DNA from: an uncultured delta proteobacterium
GTDB taxonomy: Bacteria; Myxococcota; Myxococcia; SLRQ01
Direction of reading: 5' to 3'
DNA: 64,000 nucleotides
Assembly (NCBI GenBank): GCA_963727485.1
Contig: CAVSGM010000004.1
Location: forward strand, 23,930-87,929
Shown: in pieces, positions 30,944 through 42,879 of the stretch
How the letters are laid out: every line of letters starts with the position of its first letter
Numbering within the stretch: position 1 is the stretch's first letter
Made by a program: the position numbers and the translations under genes
Notes under the pieces: model-generated
Told to the model about the DNA's origin: nothing
The model's input: only the letters and a program-made list of their open reading frames with translations
The model's database searches: none

Positions 30944-31441
30944 CCCTGGAGCCCATGGTGGCCCGGTTCATGGTGCCGGACCCTACTCCACGCTGCCCGT
31001 GCCCAACCAGTGCCACGCCCGTGCGGGTACACGGCCTTCGAGGGCGGGCGGCGACGCCGAGCACGAGCACAACGGATGGGCACGCGCGATGGCCTTGGGT
31101 TGATGAACCAGGGCACCGGACGCAGTCGCTGGTCGAGAGGGTGCGAAGTTTGCGTCCCCCTCGCATCCCTGCGCGAACCAACTCAGGAGGTCTCGACCCG
31201 CACCTCCAGTGGCGGATCACCCGCTGATTTCGCGGCCCAGGAAGAATACCGAGGGGCCGCCGCCGAGACCGCTGGAGATAGTCTCAATCCAGGGCAGCTG
31301 CTCTCGAATCGGACACGCCTGCTCGAGCGAGCGTACAGGCGATAGACGGCCACTTGCGAAACGCAGGATTAGAGAGGCGCAGATTCCGCCCCGCGCGACA
31401 TCGCGTCGACGTTCGCGCCTCCTCGAAAGGCGACTGCTCCG

Positions 31442-34371
31442 ATGAGCGAGCATCTCCGCGTCCCTGCGCCTGGCCGGCGTCCTCACCGGTTTCCTGCTCC
31501 TCGCCGCCTGTGGCTCCGGCGCCCTCACCCAGCGCGGGGTCGACCACGCTGGCCGACGGTGCCACGGGCGATACTCGAGGCCCTGCAGCGGGTGGTCAAG
31601 TACCCGACCGAATCCCTCTGCACCGATTCGGGCGTCCCCGGCATGATGCACTGCATGGCGGTGGCCCGCGCCATGCCCACCGGTGACATCGAGCCCTTCG
31701 CCACCGCCTCGGGCTACGGCCCCGGCGGACCTGCAGAGCGCCTACGCCTGCTGACCTCCGGCGGGCTGCGGGGCATCACGGTCGCCATCGTGGACGCGCA
31801 GGACGACCCCAACGCGGAGAGCCGACCTGGGCACCTATCGCTCGCCACTACGGGCTGCCGGCGTGCACCACGGCGAACGGGTGCTTCAAGAAGGTCGACC
31901 AGAGCGGTGGCAGCAGCTACCCGCGCGCGCGGACTAAGGGCTGGGCCGGAGGAGATCGCGCTCGACCTCGACATGGTCAGCGCCGCCTGCCCGCAGCTGC
32001 CAGATCCTCCTGGTGGAGGCGACGAGACGCCAGCATGGCGAACCTCGGGCACGCGGTGAACACCGGCGGTGAGCCTCGGGGCGCCAGGTGAGTCAGCAAC
32101 AGCTACGGCGGCTCCGAGGACTCGTCCAACGCCTCCGCTGACAGCCAGTACTTCGACCACCCGGGGGTGGCGATCTTCGCCAGCGCCGGCGACAGCGGCT
32201 ACGGCGTCGAGTACCCGGCCGCCTCGGACTACGTGACCTCCGTGGGCGGGACCAGCCTCGCCCAGTCCAGCGGCAGCTCCCGCGGGTGGGTGGAGAGCGT
32301 GTGGGGCTCCGCGAGCAACGCCAACGGTGGGACGGGCAGTGGGTGCAGCGGGTACACCACCAAGCCGAGCTGGCAGACACGACACCGGTTGCAGCAAGCG
32401 GATGGTGGCGGACGTGTCCGCGGTCGCCGATCCCAACACCGGTGTCGCCGCCTACGACTCCTACGGCGACGGTGGGTGGTTCCAGGTCGGCGGCACCAGC
32501 GTGGCTAGCCCGCTGGTCGCAGGGGATCTACGCGGTCACCGGCCACGTCGGGAGACGCCTTGGGCTACGCCTACGGCCACACCGGCAACTTCCACGACGT
32601 GACCAGCGGGACCAACGGCAGCTGCTCCGGCTCGCCTTCGTACTTCTGCAACGGGGTCGCCGGCTTCGACGGCCCGACGGGCGTCGGCACCCCGGACGGA
32701 AACGCCATGGTGGCGGCGGGACCACGCGCACGTTCACCGTGGCCCTGAACCCCACCACCGGCAGCGGCGCCTAGGAGACACCGTGAGCTACACGGTGCAG
32801 ACGACCGCCTCTCGTCTCCGCGCCCAACGTCGCCCTCTCCGTCTCCGGGCTGCCCGCCGGCGTCACCGGGAGCTTCAGCAAGGCGACGGTCACCGCCGGG
32901 GGCACCACGACCCTCTCGTTGAGCCTGGGCACTGGCGCCGCGGCGGCGACGACTCCTCACCTCACCGGCAGCGCCGGATGGATGATCGACAGCGCCTCCG
33001 GATTCATTACCGTCACCGGCAGCGGCAGCGGCGGCGGCGGGGTGGGCGGGTCGCACCACCCTCCAGAACGGCGTGGCGGTCACCGGCCTCGCCGGCGCCA
33101 CCGGCGCCCAGACGAGCTTCACCATGGACGTCCCCTCCGGCGCCACGAACCTCCAGTTCGCCATCACCGGCGGCACTGGCGACGCCGATCTCACGTGAAG
33201 TTCGGCTCGGCCCCGACCCTCTCGAGCTACGACTGCGGCTCTACGTGACCGGCAACGCCGAGACCTGCACCATCTCCAACGTCCAGACCGGCACCGACTA
33301 CGTGATGCTCAACGCCTACGCGGCCTACGCCGGCGTCAGCCTCACCGGCAGCTACGCCGGCGGCACCGGCACCGGCGGCGGCGGCGGCGGCTCGGGCAAC
33401 TTCAGCCTCACCCTGTCCACCACCACCGTGTCGGTGGCCCAGGGCGCCTCCCAGCAGATCACCGTGCACACCGCCCTCACCAGCGGCGCCCCGGCCACCG
33501 TGACCTTCCACGTGACCGGGCTGCCCACCGGCGTGACCGCGGCCTTCAGCCAGGCCACCGTGACCGCCGGCCGGGACACGACCCTCACGGTGAGCGCCGA
33601 AGCCAGCGCCCCCGCGGTCAGCGCCGACAGCTTCCGGGTCTACGGCAGCAGCGGGAGCCACACCCACTACCGCACCGCCTACGTCACCGTCACCGCCGGG
33701 AGCGGCGGCGGGAGCGGCGGCGGCGCCACCGGCGACTTCGCCATGACCCTGTCCACGACCTCGGTGTCCCTCTCCCAGGGCGCCGCCGGACCCGCGCCGC
33801 CACACCACCGACGCCAGCGGCGCCGGGGGCACCATCGACTTCCACGTCACCGGGCTCCCCGAGCGGCGTCAGCGCCTCCTTCAGCTCCACCAGCGTCACC
33901 GCGGGGGGAGACACCGTGCTCACCCTCACCGCCTCGTCCTCGGCGACCCCGGTGACCGCCGACAGCTTCCGGGTCTACGGCCAGTCGGGCACCTGGCTCC
34001 ACTACCGGGGCGGCTCGCTGACCGTGACCACCGGCTCCGGCGGTGGCGGCGGGACGGGCAGCAGCGCCGGTGACTTCAGCCTCACCCTCGGCACCACCTC
34101 GCTGACCATCGCCCGGGGCCACTCGGCCACCTTCACCGTGGACACGGCCACCGTGGGCAGCGCCTCGCCCACCGTCGCCCTCCACATCCCCACCCTGCCG
34201 GCCGGGGTGACGGCGACCTTCAGCCCGGCGTCGCTGACCGCCGGCGGGTCGTCGACGGTGACCCTGACGGTGAGCAGCACCGCCGCGACGACCAGCGCGA
34301 CGTCGTTCCGGGTCTACGGGCAGTCCTCGGACCACACCCACTACCGGACCGCCCACCTCACGGTGCAATAG
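31442..34371 (+). CDS. secreted S53 (sedolisin-like) peptidase with Ig-like, PPC and three His/Tyr-motif Ig-like domains; multiply frameshifted
   Basis: Across frames: TVAIVDA, EIALDLD (E..D), SAGDSG, ADVSAVADP, GGTSVASP (catalytic Ser), PPC motif GDAD..VKFGSAPT..YDC. Confidence 0.8.
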
Positions 34372-34408
34372 CGGCGACGGGGCCCGGGAGGCCCCACCGA
34401 TTGCTGCA

Positions 34409-34439
34409 GAAGGGCCCGCGGCGTGGCCGCGGGCCCTTC
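34409..34439 (+). terminator. hairpin after S53 gene
   Basis: GAAGGGCCCGCGGC-GTG-GCCGCGGGCCCTTC; near-identical hairpin follows the next gene. Confidence 0.65.
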
Positions 34440-34654
34440 GCGAATTCCGTCCCCGGCCGATCGCCCGCACCGTCCCCGGACGCGCGCGGGGCGTCCCTGG
34501 GGGTCGTTCCTGATCCATGTAAGGGCTTGTGGGCCGGTGGCCGACGACCGGGGACAGGGCCCGGTTCCCCACATCCCCCCACATTCATGGGTGGGGACCC
34601 GCCCTCCCGTCCCCGGGGGAGAATCGGGAGGCGTTCCGGGGGGCTCCTGGCAAC

Positions 34655-34671
34655 TGTCCGATATCGCGACA
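34655..34671. promoter_or_regulatory. candidate operator TGTC-N9-GACA
   Basis: TGTCCGATATCGCGACA; same motif upstream of paralog at 37848. Confidence 0.45.
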
Positions 34672-34811
34672 CTGGAGCATGGATGTCCGACAGTTTCCGG
34701 CGGTTTCCGCCGCTGGCCAGGCCAGCCGTTCAGTGGGGCGGAACGGGGTTGCGGGGCGAGGGGGCTGGGTGCCACAACGGATAGTACGTTCCCTCCAACC
34801 GGAGCCTGTCC

Positions 34812-37502
34812 ATGACCCAGAAGACCCACTCGAGCACGCTGGCTCTCCTCGCGACCGCCGCCCTGGTGCTCGCCTCCGCCTGCGGGACCGGCGGCGCCAC
34901 CATCCAGGGCCCCGGCGGCGCGGTCGGCCACGGCCAGGCCTCGTTCACCCCGGGCAACCGGGTGCACGTGATGCCCACCTTCGACCCCAGCGCGCTGACC
35001 AACGCCGCGTCGTCGACCCAGCTCAAGTACTACGGCGGCCACGTCATCTCCAACGTGAAGGTCGTGGCGGTCTGGTGGGGCTCGGGGGTCAACTCCACGG
35101 TCAAGAGCCAGATGCCGGCGTTCTACTCGGCCTTCACCAAGAGCCCGATGTTCGACTGGCTCAGCGAGTACAACACCAACATCACCGCCACCGGCGGCGG
35201 CCAGGGGACCAACCAGGTCATCGGGCACGGGAGCTTCCTCAAGGCGGTGCAGATCACCCCGTCGGTGACCTCCTCCTCGGTGAGCGACGCGCAGATCCAG
35301 AGCGAGCTCAACTCGCAGATCAGCGCCGGCAAGCTCCCGGCCCCGGACGCCGACACCATCTACATGATCCACTTCCCCAAGGGGATCACCATCACCCAGG
35401 GCACCTCCAAGTCCTGCGTGCAGTTCTGCGCCTACCACGGGACCTTCACCCGCTCGGGCCAGAGCGTCTACTACGGCGTCATGCCCTCCATCGAGGCGGG
35501 CACCGGCTGCGACACCGGCTGCGGCGGCGCCGCCAGCATGATCGACAACGAGACCTCGGTGTCCAGCCACGAGCTCATCGAGGCCACCACCGACGCCGAG
35601 GTGGGCCTCGCCACCTCCTACGGCCCGCCCCTGGCCTGGTACGACCCCGACCCCAACACCGGTGAGATCGGCGACATCTGCAACGCCCAGCAGGGCAGCT
35701 TCACCGACGGCTCGGGCCACACCTGGACCGTCCAGAAGGAGTGGTCGAACCAGGCCCAGAGCTGCATCGACCACAGCAGCGGCGGCGGCCCCGCCAGCGA
35801 CTTCGGCATCGCGCTCTCGAGCAGCAGCGTGACCGTCGCCGCCGGGTCCTCCACCAGCCTCAACGTCACCACCACCGCCACCGGCACCGCCGAGTCCATC
35901 ACCCTCTCGGTCAGCGGCCTGCCCTCGGGGGTCAGCGGCTCCTTCAGCCCCGGCACCGTGACCGCGGGCCAGAGCTCGACCCTGACCCTCACCGCCACCT
36001 CGAGCGCCTCGGCCACCTCGAGCAACGCCTTCACGGTCAAGGGCACCGCCACCAGCGGCAGCCACAGCACCAGCGGCGCGGTCACCGTGACCACCAGCGG
36101 CGGCGGCGGCGGTGGCGGCGGGGGCGGCGGCGGCGCGGGTGCCCTCCAGAACGGCGTGCCCCTCACCGGCCTCTCCGGGGCCACCGGGGCCCAGGCCAAC
36201 TACACCATGGCCGTCCCCTCCGGGGCCACCAACCTCAAGTTCGCCATCTCCGGCGGCACCGGTGACGCCGACCTCTACGTGAAGTTCGGCTCGGCCCCCA
36301 CCACCTCGACCTACGACTGCCGGCCCTACGTCACCGGCAACAACGAGACCTGCACCATCTCCAACATCCAGGCCGGCACCTACTACGTGATGATCAACGG
36401 GTACCAGGCCTACTCCGGGCTCACCCTCCAGGGCAGCTACACCGACAGCACCGGCGGCGGCGGGGGCGGCGGCGGCGGCGGGAGCTCCGGCAACTTCAGC
36501 ATGACCCTCTCGACCACCAGCATCTCCGTGGCCCAGGGCAGCTCGGCCAAGCTCACCGTCCACACCGCGGCCACCAGCAGCTCGACGCCCACCGTGAGCT
36601 TCCACGTGACCGGCCTGCCCACCGGGGTCAGCGCCAGCTTCAGCCAGACCAGCATCGCCGCCGGCCAGGACACCGTCCTCACCCTCAGCGCCGCCTCGAG
36701 CGCCGCCACGGTGAGCGCCGACAGCTTCCGGGTCTACGGCAGCGGCGGGGGCCACACCCACTACCGCTCGGCCCACGTCACCGTGACCACCGGCAGCTCC
36801 GGCGGCGGCGGTGGGGGCGGCGGTGGGGGCGGCGGCGCCACCGGCAACTTCACCCTGACCCTGTCCAACACCAGCCTCTCGGTGGCCCAGGGCGCCAGCA
36901 CCACCTTCACCGTCCACACCACCGACTCCAGCGGGAACGGCGGGACCATCGACTTCCACATCCCCACCCTCCCCAACGGCATCACCGCCAGCTTCAGCCC
37001 GGCGTCGGTGACCGCGGGCCAGGACAGCACCGTGACGCTCACCGCCTCGGCGAGCGCCGCCACCTCCAGCGGGACCACCTTCCGGGTCTACGGCCAGTCG
37101 GGCAGCTACACCCACTACCGCAGCGCCTCGGTCGCCGTGAGCGCCGGCGGGAGCGGCGGCGGCGGGGGCGGCACCGGCGGCGGCACCGGTGGCAGCACCG
37201 GCGACTTCGCCATGACCGTCAGCAGCACCTCGCTGAGCGTGACGGCCGGGCACTCGGTGACCTTCACGGTGAGCACCACCACCGTGGGCAGCGCCACCCC
37301 GTCCATCGACCTCCACATCCCCACCCTGCCCACGGGGGTGACCGCGTCGTTCAGCCCGGCCACGGTGACCGCCGGCGGGTCGTCGACGGTGACCCTCACC
37401 GCCAGCAGCAGCGCCCCGGCGGTCAGCAGCGCCTCGTTCCGGGTCTACGGCCAGTCCGCGGACCACACCCACTACCGCTCCTCGCACCTCACGGTGCAGT
37501 AG
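34812..37502 (+). CDS. lipoprotein: Phi-1/EXORDIUM-like head + Ig-like + PPC + three His/Tyr-motif Ig-like domains
   Basis: LASAC lipobox; LKYYGG, FCAYH, SHELIEATTD, WYD..GEIGDIC, VQKEWSN; poly-Gly linkers; PPC GDADLYVKFG. Confidence 0.85.
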   Translation: MTQKTHSSTLALLATAALVLASACGTGGATIQGPGGAVGHGQASFTPGNRVHVMPTFDPSALTNAASSTQLKYYGGHVISNVKVVAVWWGSGVNSTVKSQMPAFYSAFTKSPMFDWLSEYNTNITATGGGQGTNQVIGHGSFLKAVQITPSVTSSSVSDAQIQSELNSQISAGKLPAPDADTIYMIHFPKGITITQGTSKSCVQFCAYHGTFTRSGQSVYYGVMPSIEAGTGCDTGCGGAASMIDNETSVSSHELIEATTDAEVGLATSYGPPLAWYDPDPNTGEIGDICNAQQGSFTDGSGHTWTVQKEWSNQAQSCIDHSSGGGPASDFGIALSSSSVTVAAGSSTSLNVTTTATGTAESITLSVSGLPSGVSGSFSPGTVTAGQSSTLTLTATSSASATSSNAFTVKGTATSGSHSTSGAVTVTTSGGGGGGGGGGGGAGALQNGVPLTGLSGATGAQANYTMAVPSGATNLKFAISGGTGDADLYVKFGSAPTTSTYDCRPYVTGNNETCTISNIQAGTYYVMINGYQAYSGLTLQGSYTDSTGGGGGGGGGGSSGNFSMTLSTTSISVAQGSSAKLTVHTAATSSSTPTVSFHVTGLPTGVSASFSQTSIAAGQDTVLTLSAASSAATVSADSFRVYGSGGGHTHYRSAHVTVTTGSSGGGGGGGGGGGGATGNFTLTLSNTSLSVAQGASTTFTVHTTDSSGNGGTIDFHIPTLPNGITASFSPASVTAGQDSTVTLTASASAATSSGTTFRVYGQSGSYTHYRSASVAVSAGGSGGGGGGTGGGTGGSTGDFAMTVSSTSLSVTAGHSVTFTVSTTTVGSATPSIDLHIPTLPTGVTASFSPATVTAGGSSTVTLTASSSAPAVSSASFRVYGQSADHTHYRSSHLTVQ

Positions 37503-37533
37503 TCGGGCGGGGCCAGGTGGCCCCGGCAGCTTC

Positions 37534-37564
37534 GAAGGCCCGCGGCAGGGTGCCGCGGGCCTTC
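37534..37564 (+). terminator. hairpin after 34812-37502 gene
   Basis: GAAGGCCCGCGGCA-GGG-TGCCGCGGGCCTTC followed by TTCGTT. Confidence 0.7.
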
Positions 37565-37847
37565 TTCGTTCCGTCGACCCCGCCGGCCGACCCCGCGCGG
37601 GCGAAAGGCCTGCGCGATGTGGGGCGGACAAGCTGCGTGAACAGGCTGCGCCTCCGCGCTGTGGGTGCGCCCTGGAGCAGACCGATGCCCGCGGCGATCG
37701 CCCTCCGGGCTCCGCGCCGGGCCGGATGCACGAAACGCGGGCCCCGAGATGGGCCCCTGCGCCCGCTTCGCCACCTGACCTCGGTCAGGGCAGCAAAGGC
37801 GACAGGAAGTAAAATCCATAGGTTGCGACCCACGCCGCCGCGCCCGC

Positions 37848-37864
37848 TGTCGTAAAAGGCGACA
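37848..37864. promoter_or_regulatory. candidate operator TGTC-N9-GACA
   Basis: TGTCGTAAAAGGCGACA; degenerate copy GGGCAGCAAAGGCGACA at 37788-37804, 60 bp upstream. Confidence 0.5.
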
Positions 37865-37983
37865 ATTCCGTCCGCATCCCGGACGCAGCTCCCGCGCCGT
37901 CCTTAGACGAGACGCCCCTGGGTTGTGTTGCGCCCTCCGGTCTGCAGAATAGGCGCCGAACTCTTGCCTGAAGGGGTGTCCCC

Positions 37984-40308
<2,325 letters not shown>

Positions 40309-40335
40309 CGCGGTAGCGTCCTTTCGACGCCTCCT

Positions 40336-40372
40336 GGGGCGGCGGGACCAACGGGTCTCGCCGCCCCTTTTT
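40336..40372 (+). terminator. intrinsic terminator
   Basis: GGGGCGGCGGGACC-AACG-GGTCTCGCCGCCCC followed by TTTTT. Confidence 0.85.
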
Positions 40373-40457
40373 CATTGGTTCCCGGCCGGCCCCTCGGGTG
40401 GGGCGCGCTTCTTGCTAGCTCTCTCGCTGCGGCGCCCAGCGCCGCGGGAGGTGTGAG

Positions 40458-40931
40458 ATGCGAATCGAGGAGCTGATGACCCACGCAGTGCACGGCTGCG
40501 ACGCCGAGGACGACCTGGCGACCGCCGTGGCCCTCATGGCCGAGCATGACCTCGGGTTCCTGCCCATCCTCGGCCGCGGCGGACGCGTGGTGGGGGTGCT
40601 CACGGACCGGGACGTCTGCCTCGGCGCCCTCCGGCTGGGCAAGGCCTACCCGGAGATCCCGGTCATGGAGGTGGCGACCCGGGAGGTCATCTCCTGCAGC
40701 CCCGACGACGCCCTGGGCTTCGCCGAACGGCTGATGCAGGAGAACCGGGTGCGACGCCTGCCGGTGGTCGACCGCAACGGTGCCCTGGTCGGGGTCATCG
40801 CCCAGACCGACCTGGCCCGCGAGGCGGTCCACGAGGAGGGGAGCCGGCGGCCGGAGGTGACCCCGGAGGAGGTGCTGGCGACCATCGCCGCCACCGGGAC
40901 CCCGGGGCGCGGCCGGATCGTTCCGGCCTGA
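40458..40931 (+). CDS. CBS domain pair protein
   Basis: GGAGG RBS; LPI..VGVLTDRD and VRRLPVVD..LVGVI repeats. Confidence 0.88.
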   Translation: MRIEELMTHAVHGCDAEDDLATAVALMAEHDLGFLPILGRGGRVVGVLTDRDVCLGALRLGKAYPEIPVMEVATREVISCSPDDALGFAERLMQENRVRRLPVVDRNGALVGVIAQTDLAREAVHEEGSRRPEVTPEEVLATIAATGTPGRGRIVPA

Positions 40932-41043
40932 CCGGCGCCGCAGCGCGTCGACCCGGCGGTGCAGGGCCTTCGTGCCCGCGAACGCTGGGATCGCAACCGG
41001 TGCGCCTTTCCCCGATCACCGGTGGGCGCTATCGTCTCCGACC

Positions 41044-42039
41044 ATGACGCGTGCCCCCCACTCCGCCCGTCCCCTGGCCCTCCTCGCCGCCTTCGCCCTG
41101 CTCGGAGCCGCGGCCTGCGGACCGCCCGCGGCCGATTTCGCTGACGGCGGCACCGGAGGCGACGGGGGCCAGCCGACCGGCGATGGCGGCCTCCCGGCCG
41201 GGCACCACATCAAGACGGTCTTCGTCATCGTGATGGAGAACCACAACTGGTCGGACATCAAGGGCAGCCCTTCGGCGCCGTACCTCAACGGCACCCTCCT
41301 GTCCCTGGGCGCCCACGCCGAGGGCTACTACGACAACCCGGCCCACGTGCACCCGAGCGAGCCCAACTACATCTGGATGGAGGCCGGCTCGAACCTGGGC
41401 ATCACCAACGACAACGACCCCGCGTCGAACTACCAGACCACCCCGGACCACCTGGTGACCCAGCTCGAGGCGGCGGGTCTCGACTGGCGCTCCTACCAGG
41501 AGGGCATGCCGTCTGGCTGCCCGGTGCGCGGCCACGGGCTCTACGCCCCCAAGCACAACCCGATGATCTACTTCACCGACGTCAGCGGGAACCCGCCCTC
41601 CACCACGGCCTCCCGCTGCATCCAGCACGTGCGGCCCTACTCCGAGCTCGCCGCGGACCTCCAGGCCGACCACGTCGCCGCCTACAACTTCATCATCCCC
41701 AACCTCTGCGACGACATGCACAACGGCAGCGGGTGCGGGAGCGGCGACGCCATCTCCCACGGCGACACCTGGCTCTCCCAGAACGTCCCGGCCATCCTCG
41801 CCTCCAACGCCTACAAGCAGGGCGGGGCCCTCTTCATCACCTGGGACGAGAGCGAGAGTGGCGAGCACCCAATTGGGATGATCGTCCTCTCGCCCTTCGC
41901 CAAGGCCGGGTACTCGAACAGCGTCCGCTACTACCACTCGTCGCTCCTGCGCTCGGTGGAGGAGATCTTCGGTCTCCCCTACCTCCGCGACGCGAAGAAC
42001 CAGCAGAGCCTCTCGGACCTGTTCCAGCAGTACCCATAG
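41044..42039 (+). CDS. phosphoesterase family lipoprotein (acid phosphatase/phospholipase C-like)
   Basis: AAAC lipobox; VFVIVMENH, HPSEPNY, KHNP, DDMH, ITWDE, HSSLL. Confidence 0.88.
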   Translation: MTRAPHSARPLALLAAFALLGAAACGPPAADFADGGTGGDGGQPTGDGGLPAGHHIKTVFVIVMENHNWSDIKGSPSAPYLNGTLLSLGAHAEGYYDNPAHVHPSEPNYIWMEAGSNLGITNDNDPASNYQTTPDHLVTQLEAAGLDWRSYQEGMPSGCPVRGHGLYAPKHNPMIYFTDVSGNPPSTTASRCIQHVRPYSELAADLQADHVAAYNFIIPNLCDDMHNGSGCGSGDAISHGDTWLSQNVPAILASNAYKQGGALFITWDESESGEHPIGMIVLSPFAKAGYSNSVRYYHSSLLRSVEEIFGLPYLRDAKNQQSLSDLFQQYP

Positions 42040-42084
42040 AGGGGCCGGGTGCCCCTCGGAGTGGGGCTGCCTAGGCTTCGGCCA

Positions 42085-42879
42085 ATGGTACACGTGCGCC
42101 TGTCGCCACCGGTGGAGGCCGCCCCCCGGTGGGAGCTCGTCGCGGCCTGGTTCCTCCGGGCAGCGATCCTGGCGACCGCCGTGGGGCACTTCCTGGTCGG
42201 CGAGCCGATCTACGGGCTCATCGCCCTGGCCGGTCTGGCCCTGCTGATGGTGCCCTCGTTCGTCCGGCCCCGGGTCGACATCCCGGTGGAGATCGAGCTG
42301 GTCCTGATGCTCTTCCTGGTGGGCGACCTGGGCCTCGGCGGGCTCCTCCACCTCTACGACCGCCTCGCCTACTTCGACAAGTACCTCCACTTCCAGAACG
42401 CGGTGCTCCTGGGGCTGCTCTCGTTCCTCTTCGTCTACGGGCTGCATGTCACCGGACGCCTGCGGACCAACGTCGTGATCCTGGGGATCGTCATCCTCCT
42501 CCTCACCGTCGGCATCGGCGGCATCTGGGAGATTGGCGAGTGGTTCAGTGACAAGCTCTTCCACCTCGGCAGCCAGGGCTCACCGGGGATGTCGCCCATC
42601 GACGACACCATGTGGGACCTCACCCTCGACGCCTTCGGGGGCCTCGCCGGGGCGATCTTCGGGTCCCTCTACATGCGCTTCTCCCGGCGCAACCGCCGGC
42701 GGCGCGTGGACGTGATCGTCTCGGCGATGGCCAAGATCCCCGGGGAGGCCCCCCTCGACGACCAGCCGGTCGAGGCGCCCCACCCGGTGCCCCCGCCGGT
42801 GACCCAGGTCGTTCAGCCCCCGCCGGTGACCGACGCCACCCGGTCCCGGCCCCGGTCCAGGTCCTCCGGGGGCACGTAG
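42085..42879 (+). CDS. integral membrane protein (putative metal-binding D..H / E / D motifs)
   Basis: About six TM segments; FDKYLHF, IWEIGEW, DDTMWDL. Confidence 0.7.
   Translation: MVHVRLSPPVEAAPRWELVAAWFLRAAILATAVGHFLVGEPIYGLIALAGLALLMVPSFVRPRVDIPVEIELVLMLFLVGDLGLGGLLHLYDRLAYFDKYLHFQNAVLLGLLSFLFVYGLHVTGRLRTNVVILGIVILLLTVGIGGIWEIGEWFSDKLFHLGSQGSPGMSPIDDTMWDLTLDAFGGLAGAIFGSLYMRFSRRNRRRRVDVIVSAMAKIPGEAPLDDQPVEAPHPVPPPVTQVVQPPPVTDATRSRPRSRSSGGT

Noticed and set aside
34730..34756. sigma54 -24/-12 promoter (GGAACGGGGTTGC)
   Set aside because: Spacing is GG-N9-GC rather than the required GG-N10-GC
37855..37970. Second c-di-GMP-like riboswitch (GGACGCAG, CCTCCGGTCT, TTGCC words)
   Set aside because: Motif words are not in correct spacing and the required helices cannot be formed
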